Shown here: in pieces, positions 37,101-45,440 of the stretch
Layout: each line of letters starts with the position of its first letter
Numbering within the stretch: position 1 is the stretch's first letter
Source: Phoronis australis
Lineage: Eukaryota; Animalia; Phoronida
Length of the DNA: 64,000 nucleotides
Assembly: GCA_002633005.1 (NCBI GenBank)
Contig: NMRA01000077.1
Span: 806,001-870,000 of the forward strand
Direction of reading: 5' to 3'
Notes under the pieces: generated by a model
Databases searched by the model: none
What the model was told of the DNA's origin: nothing
The model's input: only the letters and a program-made list of their open reading frames with translations
Position numbers and translations under genes: made by a program

Positions 37101-40100
37101 CTTTCCAGATGAGCAAGACAAGTAATTTACAATAAATTATACCTCGCCCAGCTTGTAAGATTTTTTATGTCAACATTGCATTAGAATGACGAATTATGAA
37201 ATTTTGATATAAACAATGAGTACAGTAGCAGAAAGATAAATATCCTGTGGATGCACAGCATTGTGGGTAAAAATGGTATAATCAGGTATTTTGAGCTACA
37301 ACTACAGCTGGTATGAATCTCATACAATGCAGAATTGTGGCGGCCAAGCAGACACTCAGCTCTCAGCTGTGAGAGAAGTAAACACAGGCCACCACCACTG
37401 AGTTAGTAAGTCACTGATATTTTCATAATGGGATAAACAGAATGTCAAATAATTCATTAACATCTATCAAATTTTCCAAAAAATTCTAGTGCCTCTGTTA
37501 AATTCAATGTATTACTGCAGCTATGCTGCTGGAAACATGCAGCATCAAGGGCATAGTGTGATTCTTCCAGTGATGCATCAAAATTCAGGTAAAGGCTAGG
37601 TTAAACTACATATTGACTGGATGGAAAAATGATCAGAGATGCAGACAAGAGCAACGCACCCACAAATGCACTGCAGACAGTGTGCTTCTAGGATTGTTTA
37701 TTTGGTATCCTAAATGATGCAAAAACCTCAAATCCACCCAAAAACAGGAACGTACCATCGCTTCTTTAATGGAAAGCTATTTACCAAATTTCCTAAAAAT
37801 CTGTCAAGGAACTTCAGAGAAACAAAGGAAAAATGTAAAAAAATGAAATTGCCACAAGGGAGCACAGCGTTCGTTGGATCTGGCTGAAAGTCGCTGTCGT
37901 CTGTTGTTAGCTTTGTATAAATACACTTACTAAATTTAATAAAGATTCTACAGTGGGTTTAGAAGATACAGCTATGGGCGCAAAACAAAACTACCAGGAG
38001 GAGGCCCCACCGTAGTCAAAGCTGTCATTGTCAGCCGTCCTCTTCACACTGAGAACATATATGCCAAATTTCAAAATCATCTTCAGAATGGTTTGGTTGA
38101 TAGATGGGTGGACGCCAAAAATAGATTCCGAAACAGGAAAAATGGCAACTAGGTAACGCAAAATACCTCGATTCCATCCAAAAACGGGAGGATAATGTCA
38201 TCTAAGAGATGCTTATCTGCTAAATTTTATAAAAATCCATTGAGAACCTCTGAAGATACAGAGAAAAATGTAAAAACTAAAATTACCACTAGAGGCACAC
38301 CGGCAGTTAATCCATCCGAAAATCGTCATCGTCCGTTGTTAACATCATATATACTTGCTAATTTAGTGAAGATCATTCAAACGATTAAGGAGATAAAGCC
38401 ATGAGCGCAAAAAACAAATCAAAACTGCCACTAGAAGGCACCACAGTAGTCGAAGTCCTCGGAAAAACGTCGTCAGCCGTCCTCTTAATAGTAAGAACAT
38501 ACATGCCAATTTTCCTTAGAGCAGTTTGGTTGATAGAGGGGTGGACTTGAAAACAGTAAAAATTGCCACTAGGTGGCACAAACTACGTCAAATCCATTCG
38601 AAAACCGGAAAATAGCATCATCTCACTAACAGATGCCTACATGCCACATTTTATGAAAATACGTTGAGGACCTTTGAAGATACATAAAAACATAAAAAAC
38701 TAAAGTTGCAACTAGGGGACATACCGGTACTCCGATCCATTTGAAAATCAACCCCATTCTTTGTCAACTTCGTATAAACATACTTGCAAAATTTAATAAA
38801 TATCCTACAGAGCGTTTACGAGATACAGCCATAGGCGCAAAATCAAATAAAACTGCCACTAGGAGGCGCTCCAGAAGTTGAAGTAGTTGGAAAGTCATCG
38901 TCAGCCAGCCTCTTCTTAGTAAGAGCATACATAACAATTTTCATAATCATCCTGAGAGCGGTTTGGTTGACAGAGGGACGGACACCAAAAAACAGAATTG
39001 AAAACACTAGGTGGCCTAAAATGTCGAATGAATCTGAAAATGCTTGGGTAGCGTCATCTCATTAGATGCCCATGTGTCAAGTTTCATGAAAATCCATTGA
39101 GGACCTTTGAAGATACAAAGGTAAACGTAAAAATATTAATTGCCACTAGGGGGCACACCAGTAGACGGGTCCATATGAAATTCGCCGTCATCCGTCGTCG
39201 CTTTATAGGAACACCTCTGCCAAATCTCATCAAGATCCTGTGAGGGTTTAGGAGATACAGCTGCGGACAGACACAGATGACGGCAATAAGCACCCACATG
39301 TAAATATAGTGGGTGCATAATAAAAACATAACCACCTCCGTCCCAACAGCATCAATTAAGATATCAAATACAAAACCAATAGGAAGCTAAAACTGGCTTA
39401 CCTCAATTTCAACACAATTCAAGGCCAAAGCATACTCACTGGTCAATTTCCACAAGTAGCGTGCGACGGTTATTGGCTCACAATCATCCATTGACACCAC
39501 AGATAACTTGACACAATGTGAACAATATAATGGAAAACAACAACTGTCACTTGGACAAAATGTGAACAATATAATGGAAAACAACAACTGTCACCTGGAC
39601 GAACCAGAATTTGAAAGTATGAGAAAGCTGCAACATGCTTTTTTGGTGAGAGTATGATAAAACGACTATAATTAATACATGCGCGCACCCAGGAGGAGCT
39701 CCCCCCATTTGGCGAAGCGGGCAAAAAGGTCCGCCTCTGAGAAACAGCAAGTCCGAGAAAATGAGACAAAAGTCTACTAAACAAGCACAAACGCGCAATT
39801 CAGAGTGTTGCCCCCATTTTTTTTCAGTCCACTCGCTTTTTTGCAACCAAAAGGTCCACAACGTCAGGAATTAGAGACCCCCCCATATTGAAGGCTGGGT
39901 GTGCGCATGTAATAGAAAAACAAATGATTGAAAGTAAGCCTTAAAATCAAATAAATATGTAGGTTTATTACCAAAAGAATCTCATGCCATACCCTATTCG
40001 ACTTCCCTGAAATCAAATCTCACCAGCAAATAATGAATCAGGTTACAAGTCCACAAGTTATCTGTGATGTCATCAGATGTTTGCAAGCAGACAACTGCCA

Positions 40101-40325
40101 CACAATGCATTCGAAATACAACAGCAGTACCGTAAACGAAATCCCATCAACCGATACCTTCATATACTGGTTATCAGAATTAACTGATAGCAAGTTGGCA
40201 TAGGTGTCGTCTGACAACTTTAACCCTTGACCTGACTGAACACCATTTTCTACTTTGAAGAGGCTAATGTCTGTACCCAAAGTCACAAATTCATCACCAT
40301 GATTAGGTGACCAAAGGATGTCCAT
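7059..40325 (-). CDS. MIOS: GATOR2 complex protein MIOS (WD40 propeller, alpha-solenoid, C-terminal zinc/RING region); 22 visible coding exons, 1 missing
   Basis: Phase-consistent exons give motifs matching recalled human MIOS: [119 protein letters not shown]. Confidence 0.96.
7250..7640. repeat. Two minisatellites (about 60-bp x2 and about 64-bp x4.5) joined at a single N
   Basis: Visible tandem copies of CTGGTTTGAAACAGTCCATTGTCAAGAC... Confidence 0.9.
8045..8275. repeat. 47-bp minisatellite x5
   Basis: CAGTTCAACATYTGGTTCAGCCCYTTAACATTACCACYCAGGAACAA. Confidence 0.9.
8303..8399 (-). CDS. MIOS: MIOS exon (C-terminal zinc region)
   Basis: [31 protein letters not shown]; cag|...CG|gtaggt. 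Confidence 0.92.
9197..9888. mobile_element. Penelope-like retroelement 3' fragment (GIY-YIG endonuclease) in inverted arrangement
   Basis: Minus strand 9563-9330 reads [34 protein letters not shown]...[17 protein letters not shown]...LNRD. An inverted copy of the same 3' end lies on plus at about 9593-9888. Confidence 0.85.
9801..9845 (+). ncRNA. Minimal hammerhead-ribozyme-like motif with variant core
   Basis: TCGACAA-GGTCTG(loop)CAGGCC-GAAAC-GTC within the Penelope terminal repeat; mirror copy at about 9240-9285 on minus. Confidence 0.45.
10263..10356. repeat. (CACT)n/(CT)n microsatellite running into the gap
   Basis: Directly visible. Confidence 0.9.
10357..10859. other. Assembly gap (N run)
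   Basis: N bases. Confidence 1.
10960..11742 (-). mobile_element. DINE-1/HINE-like element with ~147-bp subunits
   Basis: Tandem GCCACTAGGNGGC subunits; terminus CCACGTATAAATATGTGGGCGCATAA. Confidence 0.7.
12032..12248 (-). CDS. MIOS: MIOS exon
   Basis: [18 protein letters not shown]...SCNFCGKG...MNKPK|gttaga. Confidence 0.92.
13180..13318 (-). CDS. MIOS: MIOS exon
   Basis: [22 protein letters not shown]...DRWIE. Confidence 0.93.
14014..14086 (-). CDS. MIOS: MIOS exon
   Basis: [24 protein letters not shown]. Confidence 0.9.
14078..14362. repeat. 28-bp minisatellite built from a MIOS splice acceptor
   Basis: AGTAACTGCAACAGCAAGTCATATAATT x about 10. Confidence 0.92.
14990..15165. repeat. 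~40-bp degenerate minisatellite
   Basis: AGGTGATACCAACTACAGCCTGTATACATG x4. Confidence 0.85.
15949..16039. repeat. 30-bp x3 repeat containing a MIOS exon end and donor
   Basis: ATGGCATACCTTAGAGTCACTGAGATAACG. Confidence 0.92.
16018..16083 (-). CDS. MIOS: MIOS exon
   Basis: [22 protein letters not shown]|gtatgc. Confidence 0.9.
17567..17729. repeat. ~55-bp x3 tandem repeat
   Basis: GACAGGCTTGTGTGAAGAGATTTACAGGGCAGTAGCACTACATAGTCACACTTA. Confidence 0.9.
18135..18307 (-). CDS. MIOS: MIOS exon
   Basis: [47 protein letters not shown]. Confidence 0.93.
19817..19916. repeat. ~25-bp x4 minisatellite
   Basis: GTCACTATAACCTMTACACCCCTGA. Confidence 0.85.
20649..20767 (-). CDS. MIOS: MIOS exon
   Basis: [31 protein letters not shown]. 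Confidence 0.92.
21110..22392 (-). mobile_element. DINE-1/HINE-like element with 8 CTCF-consensus subunits
   Basis: Subterminal GTGCGCCCACA, 8 co-oriented CCACYAGRNGGC-type motifs, GAC(G/A) microsatellite and hairpin terminus. Confidence 0.75.
22707..22775 (-). CDS. MIOS: MIOS exon
   Basis: [22 protein letters not shown] (human ILALQLCGW). Confidence 0.85.
23755..23914 (-). CDS. MIOS: MIOS exon following the AT-AC intron
   Basis: ttac|TG ATG AAA...DGVRSLL...KSDN AG|gtgagt. Confidence 0.8.
23915..25535 (-). other. U12-type (minor spliceosome) AT-AC intron
   Basis: 5' ATATCCTTT; branch-like TTCCTTAGC about 10 nt before the terminal AC; restores the MIOS frame. Confidence 0.85.
24233..25426 (-). 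mobile_element. DINE-1/HINE-like element (composite) inside the U12 intron
   Basis: ACAAGAGC...ATGCGCCCACA end; CCACATGTAAATATATGGGCACATAA end. Confidence 0.75.
25536..25608 (-). CDS. MIOS: MIOS exon preceding the AT-AC intron
   Basis: cag|[25 protein letters not shown]|atatcctttt. Confidence 0.8.
26104..26244 (-). CDS. MIOS: MIOS exon
   Basis: [15 protein letters not shown]...[18 protein letters not shown]. Confidence 0.92.
26479..26597 (-). CDS. MIOS: MIOS exon
   Basis: [14 protein letters not shown]...VFERICV. Confidence 0.93.
26868..26965. repeat. 33-bp x3 repeat
   Basis: AATGCAGGTTTGAAGACATTAACCCCCAGAGCA. Confidence 0.88.
27449..27665 (-). CDS. MIOS: MIOS exon
   Basis: [14 protein letters not shown]...[16 protein letters not shown]...[10 protein letters not shown]. 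Confidence 0.95.
28005..28427 (-). mobile_element. Non-autonomous DNA transposon with decayed THAP-like N-terminus (ISL2EU/PIF-Harbinger-like)
   Basis: AT|AGGGCCGTC...GATGGCCCT|AT ends; [26 protein letters not shown]; second copy at 55291-55685. Confidence 0.6.
28873..28967 (-). CDS. MIOS: MIOS exon
   Basis: [22 protein letters not shown]. Confidence 0.93.
29575..29679 (-). CDS. MIOS: MIOS exon
   Basis: [34 protein letters not shown]. Confidence 0.92.
29781..30272. repeat. 37-bp minisatellite x about 13
   Basis: ATTATATCAGTTACTAARCCCTAWATTYACAAAC(A/T). Confidence 0.95.
31130..31720 (+). mobile_element. Decayed Penelope-like RT thumb/linker fragment (copy 1)
   Basis: [10 protein letters not shown]...CPEWYK...NFLKRAY...NNGY...KIFYK...IKKII.DNV...ITYY...SNFVIKN...VVY, with stops and frameshifts. 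Confidence 0.65.
32626..33110 (+). mobile_element. Decayed Penelope-like fragment (copy 2)
   Basis: Same as copy 1 but 5'-truncated by the deletion. Confidence 0.65.
34361..34493 (-). CDS. MIOS: MIOS exon
   Basis: [19 protein letters not shown]...TVTKPLLEL. Confidence 0.93.
34803..34861 (-). CDS. MIOS: MIOS exon
   Basis: [19 protein letters not shown]|gtgagt. Confidence 0.92.
35566..35580 (-). CDS. MIOS: MIOS 15-nt microexon
   Basis: ctttag|TTGGCAAAGAGTTTG|gtaaga supplies the conserved (I)GKEF(V). Confidence 0.85.
35919..36302. repeat. ~51-bp minisatellite x about 7
   Basis: TGAACACAGRTAAGACTTAAAAAGCATAGWTCATTCTGGTCTCTGTCAAGACTCA. Confidence 0.93.
36764..36807 (-). CDS. MIOS: MIOS short exon (44 nt)
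   Basis: [14 protein letters not shown]; fits the required phase 2-to-1 and length between VVLTS and IGKEF; weak splice sites. Confidence 0.6.
36901..36980 (-). CDS. MIOS: MIOS exon
   Basis: [26 protein letters not shown]. Confidence 0.94.
37645..39320 (-). mobile_element. Longest DINE-1/HINE-like copy (about 10 subunits)
   Basis: ACAAGAGC...CACCCACA start; CCCACATGTAAATATAGTGGGTGCATAA end; periodic CCACTAG motifs. Confidence 0.78.
39677..39910. mobile_element. Short MITE
   Basis: TIR ACATGCGCGCACCCAG...CTGGGTGTGCGCATGT. Confidence 0.6.
40158..40325 (-). CDS. MIOS: MIOS first coding exon (acceptor at 40349, first ATG at 40325)
   Basis: [25 protein letters not shown]...[22 protein letters not shown]|gtatcg. 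Confidence 0.88.
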
Positions 40326-43293
40326 TGTCCCAGAGACTATCTCCTCCAACTGAAAAAAATAATGTACACAGAAAAAAATTCTTCAGTTGGGGACACAATA
40401 CAGCAGACTAAGACTAGAGAAATTTCTCAACAAAAATAACTTTTCAAGAACTTAGTTTCCTTTACCCTCATGATTGTACTGTATTTGCAGCCATGAAATA
40501 AGCTTCTTAAAACAGGAAAATGTCATTTTATCAAGTATCTTAGTCCCAAATTAGATAACTTTACTGTGCACTCTATAACCATGTCACACAACCCAAAATC
40601 TTCTGTATTTTGGCTAAAGCTGCATTTCGTCCTGTTTAGCTGGGTGAAAAATGGAAGGCCTTTACCCTGCTAAAATCAACCTCATAATATTCCTTACCAC
40701 TATGGGAATCTATTTTGTTACCAACTAAACTTGCAGGTAATGCGTACATACACTATTTTCAATTCACAATTTTAGGGTTGACGCCATTTTCAAATTCGCA
40801 ACTTTAAGGTTGCCTAACCTTAATAAACCCTGATTGAGTCACTGATGGTTTCGATGTTCTTGTTGCTAATGGAAATGTAATCTCATCGTCCAAGGAATAT
40901 TATGAGAGCAATTTCATGAGAGTAAAAGGTCCCATTTGATTTAATTTTTTCACTGAGCTAAACAGAGCATAATGTAATTTGTTGAGCGAATGAAGACACA
41001 CAGGCACTATCCTCAAATGGAAGTTTTGATTAGGTAACATACAAGGTGGCAAGCTCTCAGCCAGTATCACAGTACGTTTAGTATAGGTTCCCTGAAGTAG
41101 TCCTCTACTGCAATAAATGATGGCCGACGATATTTACCCAACAAGATGGCCAAATAAGTCACTTGTTACTATTTAACAAAAGGTCAGCCAAATATGCCGA
41201 TATCTGCTCTTTACCCGACAAACTTTCCAACAATGTTATTGATTCACAATATGGACGTACCTGTCCATCAAATAGTGAGCTTTGGCTATTTGCCTGGCAA
41301 ACTTTCAACAATCTAATTGGTTAATATATCACAAGCTGGGTTTGAAAAAAGGAACTGTTACTTCTCAGGCCAAGAAATTACACTGGCCGTAAAATTATAA
41401 GGACATGTCATGAAACTAAAAATATTGTCAATATAATAGAAATCAAAGAATTTGAAGCGTGTAGTGTTAAATAATGATTGGGAAGTTGACCAAGGCAGAC
41501 ACTTACTTTTTTAAGGAGACTAGGGTGTCCAAAATGGGGTTCCCAATATTCCAGGGCATTCATGATTCCGACGCATAACCCCCCAACCCCCAGCAATCCC
41601 CCCAAACACACAGATTTTTTTGCAAAAAATGCATAGAACAAGGTTTTTACATCTAAGTTTATAAAAAAGCCTTCTGTAGTGAGCATTTTTATTAAAAAAA
41701 CTGTGTAGCCCAAGACTTTTATAATGCTATCAACCAAGTGTGAGCATAGCAACATTGTATATACTTTGTATATACATTGTCTTCCTGCTTTGAAAAAAGA
41801 GCCACCACTGTGAGTCTTCATAGGCTTCCTAGTAATCATGACAATGTGTGTGTGTCCAAACTTGAAAGGTTCCTATTGATAATGGGCGGCCAAATGATAC
41901 ATTGGGAGTCCTTGCCAGGGCATCAATATTAGTGCCAGGGCCTCGGTTTGGACGCCCAGGACGTACGCTGCATAAAGGCCTGGCTATAAGTGTCTTATAG
42001 TGAAACAACACAGATTTCGAGACTTCTTGAAAGTAAAGCCGGAATTCTTGTACCATGCACAAGGCGATCTATGTGCCGTCAATCTTCCGTTTTGTTTCGA
42101 GTATACGACAAGTACAGCGCCTGGAATGTTTTCCGCAATCAATTCCGCAAAATTTGGTGAAACTGGTATAATGTGGTATTTTTGTGTTTGAGCGATTTAT
42201 TTTTCACAATCCCTATTCCGCAAACTTTGGGCAAACATTTCTGCAAAAGAATCGTATGAACAGGCCTAACCCAAACCGCCGCACTTTACAAAGAGAATGT
42301 GCATGTATCTCGCAGTCAGGCTGCAAGATACACGCGTGAGCATGCTTATTTCGTAACTCAGTACAAGAATTAAGTTTTGTATTCTGCTGACGAAAATTCA
42401 TTTTGGGCACTTTGATGTATGGAAAACTTGCGTCGGAGGGTGTGCAAATTTTATTTACACCTTCTTTTACTCTTGAGGTCTTCTTGATTGTATTACAATT
42501 TCTAGAAATCACTTTGAAATCGTGTTGAGACTTTTCAAAAATTCCTGGTCCTTCCATATAAGTTCAGTTATAAGCAATAGTAAGATTGTGTCTAACAGAA
42601 ATAGTCCCTTTAATATGTTGATATCAGCAGAAATTAATTGCCCTCTCCAGATAAGCAGAGCAGGTTACAACTTCCCCACTGCCGAGCGTGCATGACTGCA
42701 CGAACTATCGTGAATCTTGCCGTACAATTACCTGCATTGTGCACGGAATGTCGAAGTGTTGAAACTTGTGTGTGTCAATCACCGTATGGCTCAGGAACAG
42801 GCCATTCCTTGTAACTTATTTTAATTCATACAAATAATCAGAACACCATGACGTTGATTAAGAAAAGCAAATGCACCCTAGCAGAAATTAGTTAGGTGTT
42901 TTGATACCAAAACATATTTTTAGCGCTTTTAACTGTATGTCATGAACTATTTCTTTGGTTATCTGAAATACTTGAGGTCTTAAAATTCTGGTTCTTTGAT
43001 CCTGTTTAAAAAACTCTAAAGCATTGTGGCCTTGCATTCTCTAACAATTATCGCGGAAAATTTAATCGGGGTCCCCGAAAAATCTGAACATTGTCAATCA
43101 AATGGCAATGACCTTAACTTAAAACTCTGCGGAGCGCAGCAATGATTGGATCCTGACAGAGATCTGCGAAAGATGGAATCTGTTTTCAGTACTGGACATA
43201 AACAAGAACACCTAGATGTGCACATGTCGTTTTCTGAGCTGAGCATGCGTAGGCGGTATGCACTGCCGTGGTACAGAACTACAATGTGTCTTA

Positions 43294-43923
43294 TAAAAGG
43301 TGTGCTCTCGACGGATAATTTTTTACTGTACAACCACGCGCTTTAATTGACTCAGAGAGCGTGGTCGGGCTGACAGTTTTCGACCATACGACCACGCGCT
43401 TTGAGTGTCTTAAAGGAGACGTGGTCCCGACGGATAACTTTTGACCATACAACGAGCTTTAAATGACTCAGAGAGCGTAGTCGGGGCTGATAACTTTCGT
43501 CCGTACCGAGCCGACCTGATTTTGCTCGAGTATCAGAACGCTTGTGGTCGGACGGACATTTTTCGTCCTAACGACCACGCGCTATAAGTATCTTAGAGAA
43601 GGCGTTGTCCCGACGGATAATTTTACCTTATTACCACGCGCTTTAATTGACTCAGCGAGCGTGGTCGGGCTGACATGTTTCATCCTTACGACCCCGCGTT
43701 TTAAGTGTCTTAGAGAAAGAGTGGTCCCGATGGATAATTTTTGACCATCCGACCACGCGCTTTAAATGACTTAGAGATCGCTTGTGGTCGGGAGACAATT
43801 TTTATTCATACGACCACCCCTTCCGTCAGCAGCGTGGTCGGCGGACACATTTCATACATGACAACTACGTTCAACTGCGTGGTCCATGCGGATAAAATTT
43901 ATCCATACGACTACACCTTTTAA
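43294..43923. repeat. Array of ~60-bp palindromic units, probably a foldback-type MITE
   Basis: About 10 x GACCACGC...GCGTGGTC; outer ends AAAAGGTGT...ACACCTTTTAA. Confidence 0.75.
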
Positions 43924-44401
43924 TTTGTGTTAAATTAAGCTTTTGCAGCGGGTGGTTGGTGGGGACCACTTAATCATCTTGTTAAGTGAATTTGGTAATA
44001 CTGCAGCCTACACGGTGGCTTTAGTATAAATCTAAGTATCTTTTACTCATTTTCTGGACATATACACGGCATGCGTTCTCTTACTTTCAAATATGGCATC
44101 ATACCCGAGAGAATCGAGTAGGGAAAATTTGTTCATATTTGCGCAACTCTAGCTGTTTTAAAGCAATAATAACGTCGCAAGGAGAGTATAGGCTTTGCCT
44201 AGAAAGTATTAGTACCCAAGATATTAACTATATTAACAAGAAAGGTGAGGCAGTGGGGACTATAGGGAGGCATATTGGCACTTTTACCATTTTACAAAAT
44301 ACACAGGACGAAATTCGTTCAGAAAGCAATGGGAAGTATTTTGACCCCTAACCGGCCAACCGAGGGGCTACGTGTCGCCTAGCACTCACTATGCTGAGTC
44401 A

Positions 44402-44909
44402 TGTTGTGAAACGTGACTTCCGGTAGTGACGCCACGTACAGTCAGATGAATCCTTTCTAAGTCGCTTACCAAGTGTCAAATGCCTCTCGGCCGAATGGCT
44501 TAAACGCTTAGTCGTCGTACGTGCAACCTGGCTTCAAGTCCCACCGGAGACACTGAAATTTTCTACATTGGCGCCAACTAATCCACAATTAACCCCAAGC
44601 TGCGGATGGAGAGGGGGCGACCTGGTATTCGTGCATTCAGAACACAAAGAGAACGTTACTGAGGTCAAATTCCAGGACGCTAAGGTGTTACTGAGATCCA
44701 AAAGCCAAGGAGCGCACCTGTTCCGGCATTCCGTGGAAGGGGAAGTAATGTTGTGAAACATGACTTTCGGTTGCGACATGTACAGTCAGATAAAGCTTCG
44801 CTAAGTCGCTTGCCAAGTGGCAATTGCCTCTTGGCCAAATGGTTTAGACGCTAGGTCGTCGCACGTGCAACCTGGGTACAAGTCCCACCAGAGACACTGA
44901 AATTTTCTA
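44402..44909 (+). mobile_element. TRIM (miniature non-autonomous LTR retrotransposon)
   Basis: LTRs 44402-44567 (TG...CA) and 44749-44909; PBS TGGCGCCAAC 44569-44578; PPT GGAAGGGGAAG 44735-44745; GTCA on both flanks. Confidence 0.8.
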
Positions 44910-45097
44910 GTCACACAAACTTATTCCACTTGCAGCGACGCCGACGGTGTAGTTGTAAATTTAAACCACTTGCATCAGTGACATTCAAAAAAAATCTCCC
45001 TACTTATTTTTTAATGGTAAATTTACGTAAATGTGCTATCTAAAAGTTCCTACACATGCCCTTATTTCAATAAGTTTTGAAAGTTTTCCTTCCGTAC

Positions 45098-45135
45098 CTT
45101 TTCAGCGACTGCAGGCGGCCATTTTTGTTCCGGGC
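45098..45135 (-). other. Probable non-coding first exon of MIOS with a 6-codon uORF
   Basis: AAAATGGCCGCC (YY1-like) ATG GCC GCC TGC AGT CGC TGA AAAG|gtacgg; upstream bound approximate. Confidence 0.5.
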
Positions 45136-45383
45136 AATAAAACAGAGAGGTCTGAGAAAGTTATCTAAAGAAAACTTTATAACTACTAATAATATTTGAC
45201 AAAAAGTATAAGAATACCTGAAATTGACATTTAAATTATATTTTCATTTTAATATGTGTACATTGAATATATATATATTTGATCCTTTTATATTTCTATA
45301 TTCAAATAGTCTTCATTTTAATTTATCCGAAACTACTTCCGATTGTAACCTTGGAATTTGAAAGTAAGATGAGCAGATGAGCA
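45123..45383. promoter_or_regulatory. Putative bidirectional promoter shared by MIOS and CCDC89-like
   Basis: Divergent first exons about 260 bp apart; AT-rich core. Confidence 0.5.
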
Positions 45384-45440
45384 ATGTCTGGCTCAAGAAA
45401 TCCAAAAGATCTAAAACAGATGGTGGCATCAAGTCAGCAG
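45384..45440 (+). CDS. CCDC89: CCDC89-like probable first coding exon
   Basis: MSGSRNPKDLKQMVASSQQ|gtttgt, phase 0 matching the exon at 58190. Confidence 0.6.

Noticed and set aside
43294-43923. CRISPR array or integron cassette array
   Set aside because: Spacers are related to one another, repeats are degenerate, there is no cas or integrase gene, and the context is a eukaryotic intron
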